This document shows positions 18,394 to 26,146 of a DNA stretch of 64,000 nt, piece by piece. Location of the stretch: NCBI GenBank assembly GCA_045633405.1, contig JAZQYD010000058.1:11086-75085 (forward strand). Direction: 5' to 3'. Position 1 is the stretch's first letter; each line of letters opens with the position of its first letter. The notes beneath the pieces are model-generated. The model saw only the letters and a program-made list of their open reading frames with translations. It had not been told where the DNA came from and made no database searches. This DNA comes from Eubacteriales bacterium. GTDB taxonomy: Bacteria > Bacillota > Clostridia > Oscillospirales > CAG-272. A program made the translations under genes and the position numbers.

Positions 18394-18623
18394 GAAGCAA
18401 GCGAAGCAATAACGCCTTTTCTATGCAACGGCTGCGGAATATAATCCCCCTCTCCTAAGGGGTAGCTCTCGCCTCATCTCATCCGAGCAAACGCGAGAAA
18501 AAGCGAGGAAAGCCTCGATTTCGCGACCCTGCCCCGACGCCACGGGAAATTTGGCACCCTATTTGGTGCCATGTGACACCCTTTGCGAGATTTATAAGGG
18601 ATAGGCGTGCTTCAAGCATCTTC
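18394..18623 (+). ncRNA. Candidate structured non-coding RNA / tRNA leader (~230 nt), class unknown
   Basis: No ORF of 60 aa or more. The 5' and 3' ends form an interrupted 16-bp closing helix: GAAG 18394-97:CTTC 18620-23; GC 18401-02:GC 18616-17; GAAGC 18403-07:GCTTC 18609-13; ACGCC 18412-16:GGCGT 18604-08. Internal hairpins include CGAGG-aaag-CCTCG nested in CGCGAGA...TTTCGCG, and GGCACC-ctattt-GGTGCC. Confidence 0.3.
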
Positions 18624-18640
18624 TGTAAATTTAATAATTT

Positions 18641-18715
18641 GCCTCCGTAGTAAAGTGGATATTACAAGTCCCTCCTAAGGATTAGTCGTGGGTTCGATTC
18701 CCGCCGGGGGTGCCA
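18641..18715 (+). tRNA. tRNA-Arg (anticodon CCT), CCA encoded
   Basis: Manual cloverleaf. Acceptor GCCTCCG / CGGGGGT (two G-U pairs), D-arm GTAA-agtggata-TTAC, anticodon arm AGTCC-CT CCT AA-GGATT, T-arm GTGGG-TTCGATT-CCCGC, discriminator G, CCA. Confidence 0.85.
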
Positions 18716-18716
18716 A

Positions 18717-18752
18717 AAAGCCGACAGCATACGCTGCCGGCTTTTCGTTTTT
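18717..18752 (+). terminator. Rho-independent terminator after tRNA-Arg
   Basis: AAAGCCGACAGC-atac-GCTGCCGGCTTT followed by TCGTTTTT. Confidence 0.8.
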
Positions 18753-19031
18753 AGCATTTTGGTAAATCATTTGATGAGACAATTTTCAAGAAAGCAACCA
18801 GAGTGGCTCGCCATCTAAATTTTCGTTCGAATAGTCTAATTCGTTTTGACTGATCGGTAATTGCCATCCATTCGAAATCATTGTTTCAGGAACCCCCCTT
18901 TTTTTTTAACCTTTTTTCACAAAAAGCTACAATCTATGCCAAAAAAATCCCTTTTATGCCAAAGTTAACAACTTTGTACATATATTTGCTAGTATATTAT
19001 CAGTAAATATTTTTTGAAAGGATATTACAAA

Positions 19032-22000
19032 ATGAGAAAAAACTTTCTAATCATTTTCCTAACACTTGCTCTTTTGGCCGGTCTTTTTGCCGCTATCGGC
19101 TTCTCCGGCATTAATGCAAGTGCTGAGGAAACAGAGCCCGCAGATTCTACTCATACACACTGCGTCTGCGGAGTAGAGCATAAAAGTGTAGGTGACCACA
19201 CACTGTTGGAAGCCGTCACCTTCTCTCCCTGGAACGGTACGGATGAAATAATCTATACCGACAACGTGGCTTACCTTTATCTTACGAATGACGTAAAGTT
19301 AACTCAAACACTTGTCGTAGACAACGGTAATACGCTTTATTTATGCTTAAACGGATATAAGCTATCTACTACCAAATTCTCGATCGGTATCAACAAGTAC
19401 ACAATCTACGCTGACGTCGGCAACATTACCATTACCGATTGCGGCAATACCGAGCGTGTCGGTTATATCGATACCGATGCTACTTATAGCCGTTGGGTTG
19501 AAGGAACACCCACCGATGCAACGGACATTGCTTATACACTGAGTGGCGGTCTTATCGGAAACGGCAACGAAGTTGATATTATCCGCGGTTTCCAAGCTGA
19601 AATTAAATTATACGCAGGAAACATCGCGGGCTCTGCGGGCGGCATCGACGCAGGCCAGTCAACCGTCCATATGTATGGCGGACACATAGTTGGTAACGCA
19701 AGCAAATCCAGCGGTGTAGGCATGAATTTATCCTCTCCGGTTCTGGTAAATATATGCGGCGGTACTATTGCATACAATACTGCTGCTCTCTCCAGCAGCT
19801 CTGATACAGCAGGCGGTGCCGGCATATATATTGATGACTTCCAGGGAGACGTTAACATCTCAAACGTCACTATTGAAAACAACAAGGTTAAAAAAGCACA
19901 GGGTGGCGGTATCTTTATTTACAGAGGCGTCAACGGCGACGTCACCATCAATAACGTAACCCTCAGAAATAATTCAGCTGTCTCGGGCGGCGGCATCACC
20001 ATAAAATCGATTGGTGCGACCGCCAAATCCGGTGTCACAGTTACAAAAGACGTTGCTATCAAGATTAACAATTCTCTATTTACCGGTAACACCGCAAGCG
20101 ACTCCGGAGGAGGCTTGAGAATAGAAAGCTGTACAAACTACTCTACTATCACGCTTAGCGGTACGCAGATCGTAGGCAACACCGCGACAAAAGACGGCGG
20201 CGGTATCTATTTAAAGCAAAACTACTCCTATTGTGCCATAAAGCTTGAATCAGCAGTAATAACAAACAACCATGCAGGCACCACCGGTGGTGGCGTTGGC
20301 AGCTATTCATCCAACGACCTTCATTTAGGCGAGGGCGTGATCCTCATCCAGGATAACACAGGAGGAGCCGATAACATAGCCTCAAACCTCTATCTCTCCA
20401 ACATAGTTTTTAAGAGAGACTGTGATCTTGCCTTAGGCACAAGAATAGGACTGTCGATAAAGGATACCACAACCTACGAAATTTCGACTGTCGAGACGTT
20501 ATCCGAGTCCCTTGAGCCTCAATTACACGCCTTTTTCAGCGATGATCCTAACTACCACGTCGGTATTTATAAAACCACCTCTGCAAAAAAGGTGAGCGTA
20601 ATAAGAAATGACGCTCATATTCATTGCCTTTGCGGAAATGAAGACGCAGCTATCTGCCCGAACACGGGTGGAAATCACTTAAGTTATAACTTTGGAAAAC
20701 CCATTACAACACTTGAAGAGTTTCTTAATGCTTGTCAGGTGGGCGGAAACTATCATCTCGCGGAGGATATTGAGGTTCCCGATATGAGTGACCAAACTAA
20801 CTTCCAATACGGAGTCGAGGTCAATCAGACCCTGCACCTCTGCCTTAATGACCACGTTATGTCAAGAGGCGACCGTATGTATTCTGACGATGCATCGTTT
20901 ACACTCACCGACTGCGGCTCGACTCGCCGTTACTATGACGTGAATGATGACGGCACTTGGACTATGAAGGATTCCGGCACCCTGACTATGAGAGCATCCG
21001 ATACGTCGATATACTATACCGATGGCGGTGTAATGTATTACATTGGATCGGATATAGACACAGGCTTTTCAGTTGCAAAAAAAGCTCCATTTACTATGTA
21101 CGGGGGCAATATCGTTGGATTCACTAACTCCGGTGTTGAATTGAAGTCATCCGGTACATGGGGCGGATTTACAATGTATGGCGGTGCAATTAAAGGCAAC
21201 ACTAATAAAGGCAATCCTACACAAGAGAAGGATCCCTCCACAGGCTACACTGTTTACGGCGGCGGAGGCGGAATTTATTCCAATAATTCGTACGTCACCA
21301 TAAACGGTGGTGAGATCTCCTACAATACAGCCAAGAACGGCGGCGGAGTATATCTTTACAATTCAGGCAATACCTTTACAATGAATGGCGGAGTAATTGC
21401 AAACAACCATGCAACATCCAGCGGTGAGGGAATCTCCGGCGGTATTGCAAGCTACAACTATACCACCACAATTGGCGAGGATGCAGTTATTACGAACAAC
21501 ACCTCAGGTTCTAAGTACGACGTTACCGTAACAGCACCCGAAAACGGCACGGTATCTGTTTCTCACAGCACTGCCGCTGAGGGAGCGACCGTAATAATCA
21601 CACCTACCCCGAACAAAGACTATGAGGTTGGTGTTGTCACAGTTACGTATTCGGACGGTTCTTGTGAGGTTACAAGCCTTTCCGACGGCACGTTCAGCTT
21701 CGTAATGCCGAACACAGCGGTTTCTATCAGTGCAACGTTCACGGAAGTCACAATCTATCCCGTATACATTGGTGGCGTCCAGTTCACGAAGGACAATCCC
21801 GTTATCAACGGTGACACAGGTACTGCAACGTATGACCACGCAACCAAAACACTGACTCTCGATAACTTCTCGATCTCAGGAGATATGCCGGAAATCTACG
21901 GTTTCTCCGGCGTCATTTTTGCAGAGGGCGATCTTAATATTGTACTTATCGGCGATAATACCCTCATCAATACGTCAGAGGTCGACACACTATTCACCGC

Positions 22001-23792
22001 CGGTATATTTACAATGGGGCAGCTCAGCATTACCGGAGATGAAGATGCAACTCTTAACGTCCGGGCCTACAGCATGGGAATATATGGAGGTAATGAAGTT
22101 AGCATTGATGGCATTACACTCGACGTAATGACAACTGCACGCCAAAGCAAAGGAATATGCGGTGATGTAATTGATATCAGCAATGCAACCGTCACTGTTG
22201 ACAGTGACGCTCAAAAAACCATTGGAATCAGTGCAAGAGCACTCGCAATTGATAACTCCTCCGTTGAGATAGTCAATCAGGATGAAGGTATTGCCTGCAT
22301 AGATGAGATCACTATAACCGACTCGGTGATCAAAGCAGAGGGTGCTTTGCACGCAATATCAACAGACGGTGACATTGTTATCGAAAACAGTACCGTTAAT
22401 GCAAGCATTATAGCAGGTGTGCCTTACCTTGAGACGTCAGCTATTTCCACAGCAGCCAACGTTACCGTAACGAACAGCACCCTTAACGCTACCGCAAGCT
22501 ACGGAACACAATCCTACGGTATCAACGCAGGCACGCTTACCATTGATGCGTCCGGCGTTTCCATAGAGAGCACCTCAGGTGCCTGCAAGCCTACTACCGC
22601 GGTCATTGTCAAGAGTGCAGACGTATTTGCAGGTGGCAGTGAGGTTGAAAATCCCGATGACTCCGTATATCACGGCACCTCCTTCAATACCACCCCTGCC
22701 CGTGCGGTTACCTATAACTACGGTGTTGCCGAGAGCGTAACGGTAACGGTCAAGGACGGAACCATTCTTTCCGTCGAGGATCCTAACGTTTCCGGCTATC
22801 TCTTCATGGGCTGGTACACGGATAATACGTTCACCGTTCCCTTCGATTTCACACAGCCTATCACCTCTGATACTACTATTTACGCTAAGTTTGTTGCAGT
22901 AGTAGCGAAGATCACGTCCGTTGTTGTGGGCGACAAGACAGTTTACACCATCACCTACACCGACGGAACCTCGGAAAGCTTTGTGATCAAGGACGGTGCC
23001 GACGGTCAGGACGGCAAGGACGGTAATACTCCTAAGCTCCGTATCAATCCCACGACCAATTACTGGGAGGTATCCTACGATAACGGTGTAACCTGGACCT
23101 CTCTCGACGTAAAGGCAACCGGTAACAACGGCCAGGACGGTGAAGACGGTGCGGCAGGTCAAGACGGTGTATCGGTTACCAAGGCTGAAATAAACGCAAA
23201 CGGTGAGCTTGTATTCACCTTCTCGAACGGTCAGACTGTTAACCTCGGCAAGATCGTAGGCGAGGACGGAAAGAACGGCGAGAACGGTAATGACGGTGCG
23301 GCAGGTCAGGACGGTGTATCGGTTACCAAGGCTGAAATAAACGCAGACGGCGAGCTTATATTCACCTTCTCGAACGGTCAGACTGTTAACCTCGGCAAGA
23401 TCGTAGGCGAGGACGGAAAGAACGGCGAGAACGGTAATGACGGTGCGGCAGGTCAGGACGGAATATCCGTTACCAATGCCGAGATAAACGCAAACGGCGA
23501 GCTTGTATTCACCTTCTCGAACGGTCAGACTGTCAACCTCGGCAAGATCGTAGGCACTGACGGTAAGGACGGTGCCGACGGTAAGGATGGCGTCAACGGC
23601 AAGGACGGTGCCGACGGTAAGGACGGTGCTGACGGCAAAGACGGCGTCAACGGCAAGGACGGCGTCAACGGCAAGGACGGTGCTGACGGTAAGGATGGAA
23701 AAGCAGGTGTTTCCATCATCCTCAGCGTAACCGCTATGGTTACTAACCTTGCTCTTTTAGGCTTCTTGTTCTTCAAGAAAAAATTATTCTGA
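19032..23792 (+). CDS. Giant cell-surface protein. Contains a signal peptide, two beta-helix modules, InlB-B-type repeats, collagen-like Gly-X-Y tracts and a C-terminal TM anchor.
   Basis: ATG at 19032 (MRKNFLIIFLTLALLAGLFAAIGFSGINASAEE). GG-rich parallel-beta-helix-type repeats (GGGIxI, NNxAxxGGG). A divergent InlB B-repeat (YDVTVTAPENGTVSV...ATF). A Listeria-Bacteroides repeat (YLFMGWYTDNTFTVPFDF...IYAKF). GxDGxDG collagen-like runs. The C-terminus is VSIILSVTAMVTNLALLGFLFFKKKLF, with no LPXTG. Confidence 0.8.
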   Translation: MRKNFLIIFLTLALLAGLFAAIGFSGINASAEETEPADSTHTHCVCGVEHKSVGDHTLLEAVTFSPWNGTDEIIYTDNVAYLYLTNDVKLTQTLVVDNGNTLYLCLNGYKLSTTKFSIGINKYTIYADVGNITITDCGNTERVGYIDTDATYSRWVEGTPTDATDIAYTLSGGLIGNGNEVDIIRGFQAEIKLYAGNIAGSAGGIDAGQSTVHMYGGHIVGNASKSSGVGMNLSSPVLVNICGGTIAYNTAALSSSSDTAGGAGIYIDDFQGDVNISNVTIENNKVKKAQGGGIFIYRGVNGDVTINNVTLRNNSAVSGGGITIKSIGATAKSGVTVTKDVAIKINNSLFTGNTASDSGGGLRIESCTNYSTITLSGTQIVGNTATKDGGGIYLKQNYSYCAIKLESAVITNNHAGTTGGGVGSYSSNDLHLGEGVILIQDNTGGADNIASNLYLSNIVFKRDCDLALGTRIGLSIKDTTTYEISTVETLSESLEPQLHAFFSDDPNYHVGIYKTTSAKKVSVIRNDAHIHCLCGNEDAAICPNTGGNHLSYNFGKPITTLEEFLNACQVGGNYHLAEDIEVPDMSDQTNFQYGVEVNQTLHLCLNDHVMSRGDRMYSDDASFTLTDCGSTRRYYDVNDDGTWTMKDSGTLTMRASDTSIYYTDGGVMYYIGSDIDTGFSVAKKAPFTMYGGNIVGFTNSGVELKSSGTWGGFTMYGGAIKGNTNKGNPTQEKDPSTGYTVYGGGGGIYSNNSYVTINGGEISYNTAKNGGGVYLYNSGNTFTMNGGVIANNHATSSGEGISGGIASYNYTTTIGEDAVITNNTSGSKYDVTVTAPENGTVSVSHSTAAEGATVIITPTPNKDYEVGVVTVTYSDGSCEVTSLSDGTFSFVMPNTAVSISATFTEVTIYPVYIGGVQFTKDNPVINGDTGTATYDHATKTLTLDNFSISGDMPEIYGFSGVIFAEGDLNIVLIGDNTLINTSEVDTLFTAGIFTMGQLSITGDEDATLNVRAYSMGIYGGNEVSIDGITLDVMTTARQSKGICGDVIDISNATVTVDSDAQKTIGISARALAIDNSSVEIVNQDEGIACIDEITITDSVIKAEGALHAISTDGDIVIENSTVNASIIAGVPYLETSAISTAANVTVTNSTLNATASYGTQSYGINAGTLTIDASGVSIESTSGACKPTTAVIVKSADVFAGGSEVENPDDSVYHGTSFNTTPARAVTYNYGVAESVTVTVKDGTILSVEDPNVSGYLFMGWYTDNTFTVPFDFTQPITSDTTIYAKFVAVVAKITSVVVGDKTVYTITYTDGTSESFVIKDGADGQDGKDGNTPKLRINPTTNYWEVSYDNGVTWTSLDVKATGNNGQDGEDGAAGQDGVSVTKAEINANGELVFTFSNGQTVNLGKIVGEDGKNGENGNDGAAGQDGVSVTKAEINADGELIFTFSNGQTVNLGKIVGEDGKNGENGNDGAAGQDGISVTNAEINANGELVFTFSNGQTVNLGKIVGTDGKDGADGKDGVNGKDGADGKDGADGKDGVNGKDGVNGKDGADGKDGKAGVSIILSVTAMVTNLALLGFLFFKKKLF
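23145..23585 (+). repeat. In-frame tandem repeat, 147 nt (49 aa) x ~3
   Basis: Units start at 23145, 23292 and 23439 (gacggtgcggcaggtca[a/g]gacgg...). Each encodes GAAGQDG[VI]SVT[KN]AEINA[ND]GEL[VI]FTFSNGQTVNLGKIVGEDGKNGENGND. The copies differ at only a few positions. Confidence 0.9.
23562..23699 (+). repeat. 18-nt microsatellite-like coding repeat (GKDGAD / GKDGVN) x ~7.5
   Basis: ggtaaggacggtgccgac / ggcaaggacggcgtcaac units run head to tail and encode a collagen-like Gly-X-Y tract just before the TM anchor. Confidence 0.9.
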
Positions 23793-23842
23793 TCTTAAGT
23801 CTCGCGAAAAGACGTAAGTAAACACTTTAAGCAAAACCTAAA

Positions 23843-23882
23843 AAAACGGCAGGAGCATTGCTAAAAACGGTGCTTCTGCCGT
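23843..23882 (+). repeat. 40-nt hairpin element, copy 1 (identical to 25819-25858), no U-tract
   Basis: aaaacggcaggagcattgctaaaaacggtgcttctgccgt. A 12-bp stem (ACGGCAGGAGCA / TGCTTCTGCCGT) with a 13-nt loop. Here it is followed by ACTACTAT rather than a T-run. Confidence 0.8.
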
Positions 23883-23927
23883 ACTACTATCTTATAAGTA
23901 ATATTTATACTTTTTTTCTGTGAAAAG

Positions 23928-23956
23928 TTGCATTACATTTTCCTATATGATATAAT
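23928..23956 (+). promoter_or_regulatory. Sigma-A-type promoter of the MORN-repeat gene
   Basis: TTGCAT (23928-33), 17 nt, TATAAT (23951-56). GGAGG RBS lies before the ATG at 23987. Confidence 0.7.
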
Positions 23957-23986
23957 CTAGTCAATCAATCTTTTTTGGAGGTTACG

Positions 23987-25765
23987 ATGGCACATTTAAG
24001 CTATAGCAACGGATACTATGACGGCGACGTGAACTACAATGACGAGGAGCACGGATACGGCACGTTTGTTTGGTCTGACGGAAACAAGTACATCGGACAG
24101 TGGAGAAACGGACAAATGCACGGACGCGGTAAATACGTCTGGAAGGACGGCTCTTATTATGACGGTGACTGGTACAACGGCGAAATGCACGGCCACTGCG
24201 TTAAAAGGATGTATACCTCCGGTTCTTACTACACCGGTGATTTCGTCCATGATAAAAAGTCAGGACACGGCAAGTACGTATGGGCCTCCAACAATTACTA
24301 CGAGGGTGAGTTCAAAGACGATGACTTCAACGGCTACGGAATAAGAGTATATGAGAGCGGATACCGTTATGAGGGTGAGTGGCGTAATGACCAAAAGCAC
24401 GGACGCGGAAAGCAGACGTATAGCTGGGGCTTCTATGACGGTTACTGGAAGAATGACGATTGGGGAGGCGGGGATGGTACCGAGTCTCACACTAACAGCG
24501 ACGGAGCAATTTACGAGGGTCATTTCATCGATCACTCTAATGCTACAAACGTTACCGAAACCCTAAACGGCATAAAAAGGCACGGCAAAATAGTAAACGG
24601 CAACTTCGAGCCCGACGTTTTAAACGGATATAACCGTGAAGAGTATAACAACGGATACTATGAGGGCAACTTTGTAAACGGTAAGCGTCACGGACGCGGT
24701 AAATACGTTTGGAAGGACGGTACGTATTATGACGGTGACTGGGATAACGGTAACAAGCACGGTCACTGCGTAAAAAAGACCTTCAGTGACGGCTCGTATT
24801 TCGAAGGCGAGTACGCAAACGACCGAATTAACGGACACGGAAAGTACGTATGGTCTGCGAATAGTTACTACGAGGGCGAATTCTTAAACAATAACTTCCA
24901 CGGCTACGGAATAAGAGTATATGAGAGCGGATACCGATACGAGGGCGAGTGGCGTGATGACAAGAGACACGGCTTCGGAAGACAGACCTACGAATGGGGC
25001 TACTACGAGGGTCAGTGGCAGGATGACAATTGGGGAGGCGGTCACGGAATCGAGTCTCACACAAACAGTGACGGTGTCATTTTCGAGGGTTACTTTATCG
25101 ATAACTCCAATGCTACAAACGTTACCGAAACCAAAAACGGAAAAAAAAGACACGGTGCAATTGTAAACGGCAGATTTGAGCCCGATCCTATTAACGGCTA
25201 TCAGAAGGAAACTTACGGCAACGGTAGCTATGAGGGTGATTTTGTAAACGGCAAACGCCACGGCAACGGAAAATACACCTGGAATGACGGTACCTATTAC
25301 GACGGTGAGTGGTTTGAGGATGATATGCACGGTCACTGCTACAAGCATACCTACCCCTCGGGTGCATACTATACAGGAGATTTTGTGCACGATAAAAAAC
25401 ACGGTCACGGCAAGATGATATGGTCACAGGATTATTACTATGCAGGTGAGTTCAAGGACGATCAGCTCTCCGGTCAGGGTGTAATGCACTACTCTGACGG
25501 CACGTATTATGACGGAGAATGGGAGAATGATAAAAAGAACGGCTTTGGTAAGCAGACCTATGAGTGGGGATATTACGAGGGCCAGTGGCGAGATGGCAAA
25601 TGGGGAGGCGGTCACGGAATCGAGTCTCACGAAAACAGTGACGGTATCATTTTCGAGGGCAACTTCACAGACAATCACAACGCAACCGACGTAACCATGA
25701 CCAATGGTGATGAGGTGTATCACGGAAAAATCATCGACGGAAACTTTGAAGAAGATCCTTCCTAA
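23987..25765 (+). CDS. MORN-repeat protein, internally triplicated, no signal peptide or TM
   Basis: 592 aa from MAHLSYSNGYYDGD. About 20 copies of the Y-x-G-[DEQ]-[WF]-x-x-[GD]-x-x-H-G-x-G pattern. Each third ends ESHTNSDG.IFEG.F.D.SNATNVTET.NG.KRHG.IVNG.FEPD. Confidence 0.8.
   Translation: MAHLSYSNGYYDGDVNYNDEEHGYGTFVWSDGNKYIGQWRNGQMHGRGKYVWKDGSYYDGDWYNGEMHGHCVKRMYTSGSYYTGDFVHDKKSGHGKYVWASNNYYEGEFKDDDFNGYGIRVYESGYRYEGEWRNDQKHGRGKQTYSWGFYDGYWKNDDWGGGDGTESHTNSDGAIYEGHFIDHSNATNVTETLNGIKRHGKIVNGNFEPDVLNGYNREEYNNGYYEGNFVNGKRHGRGKYVWKDGTYYDGDWDNGNKHGHCVKKTFSDGSYFEGEYANDRINGHGKYVWSANSYYEGEFLNNNFHGYGIRVYESGYRYEGEWRDDKRHGFGRQTYEWGYYEGQWQDDNWGGGHGIESHTNSDGVIFEGYFIDNSNATNVTETKNGKKRHGAIVNGRFEPDPINGYQKETYGNGSYEGDFVNGKRHGNGKYTWNDGTYYDGEWFEDDMHGHCYKHTYPSGAYYTGDFVHDKKHGHGKMIWSQDYYYAGEFKDDQLSGQGVMHYSDGTYYDGEWENDKKNGFGKQTYEWGYYEGQWRDGKWGGGHGIESHENSDGIIFEGNFTDNHNATDVTMTNGDEVYHGKIIDGNFEEDPS
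24000..25765 (+). repeat. Coding tandem triplication, period 570 nt (190 aa)
   Basis: ggctacggaataagagtatatgagagcggataccg occurs at 24331 and again at 24901. Units 1 and 2 are clearly alignable at DNA level. Unit 3 is more diverged. Confidence 0.8.
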
Positions 25766-25818
25766 AGCTAACAAAAATATATACATTTTAAGGATCATCC
25801 GCATCGAGGCGGAGTCCG

Positions 25819-25866
25819 AAAACGGCAGGAGCATTGCTAAAAACGGTGCTTCTGCCGTTTTTTTAT
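25819..25866 (+). terminator. Rho-independent terminator (40-nt hairpin element, copy 2) after the MORN gene
   Basis: Same 40-nt sequence as 23843-23882, here followed by TTTTTTTAT. Confidence 0.8.
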
Positions 25867-26086
25867 CATTAACGAAAAGGTGGGGCTTCCCTGCCTTTTC
25901 TTCATTTTACCCGTGCTTTCTCCTATCAGAAACCAAAAAGTTTCTTTTTCTAACATTTCAGAAACAAAACTTAAGCAAAAATGAAAAAACAGGCTAGTAG
26001 AATATAGACACCGGGTGGGGAGTGACGGACGAAGACAGAAATCCCCTTCCCGATTCAAAAAATACTGAGATAAAGTGAGGAAAAAG

Positions 26087-26146
26087 ATGAACGGGAACGA
26101 TAAGCAACTGATTGTAGAGATAAACAAGGAGAAGGTAAGGATATGA
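26087..26146 (+). CDS. Possible 19-aa upstream/leader ORF (speculative)
   Basis: GAGGAAAAAG followed by ATG at 26087. Product MNGNDKQLIVEINKEKVRI. Its TGA overlaps the next ATG (ATGA at 26143-26146). No other support. Confidence 0.2.
   Translation: MNGNDKQLIVEINKEKVRI

Noticed and set aside
23145-23699. Regular direct repeats that could superficially resemble a CRISPR array.
   Set aside because: - The repeats are contiguous with no unique spacers.
- They are in frame inside a long ORF and encode collagen-like Gly-X-Y and beta-unit sequence.
- No cas genes are present in the window.
25139-25148. A8 run inside the MORN gene as a phase-variation frameshift site.
   Set aside because: - It is a single modest homopolymer in a gene with no evidence of frame disruption.
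- It is much shorter than typical contingency tracts.
- There is no supporting heterogeneity information.
18716-26100. Integrated mobile element or prophage at tRNA-Arg.
   Set aside because: - No integrase, recombinase, transposase or phage structural gene is present.
- I did not spot a direct repeat of the tRNA 3' end.
- It is kept only as a low-interest positional observation. An exact-match search is still needed.
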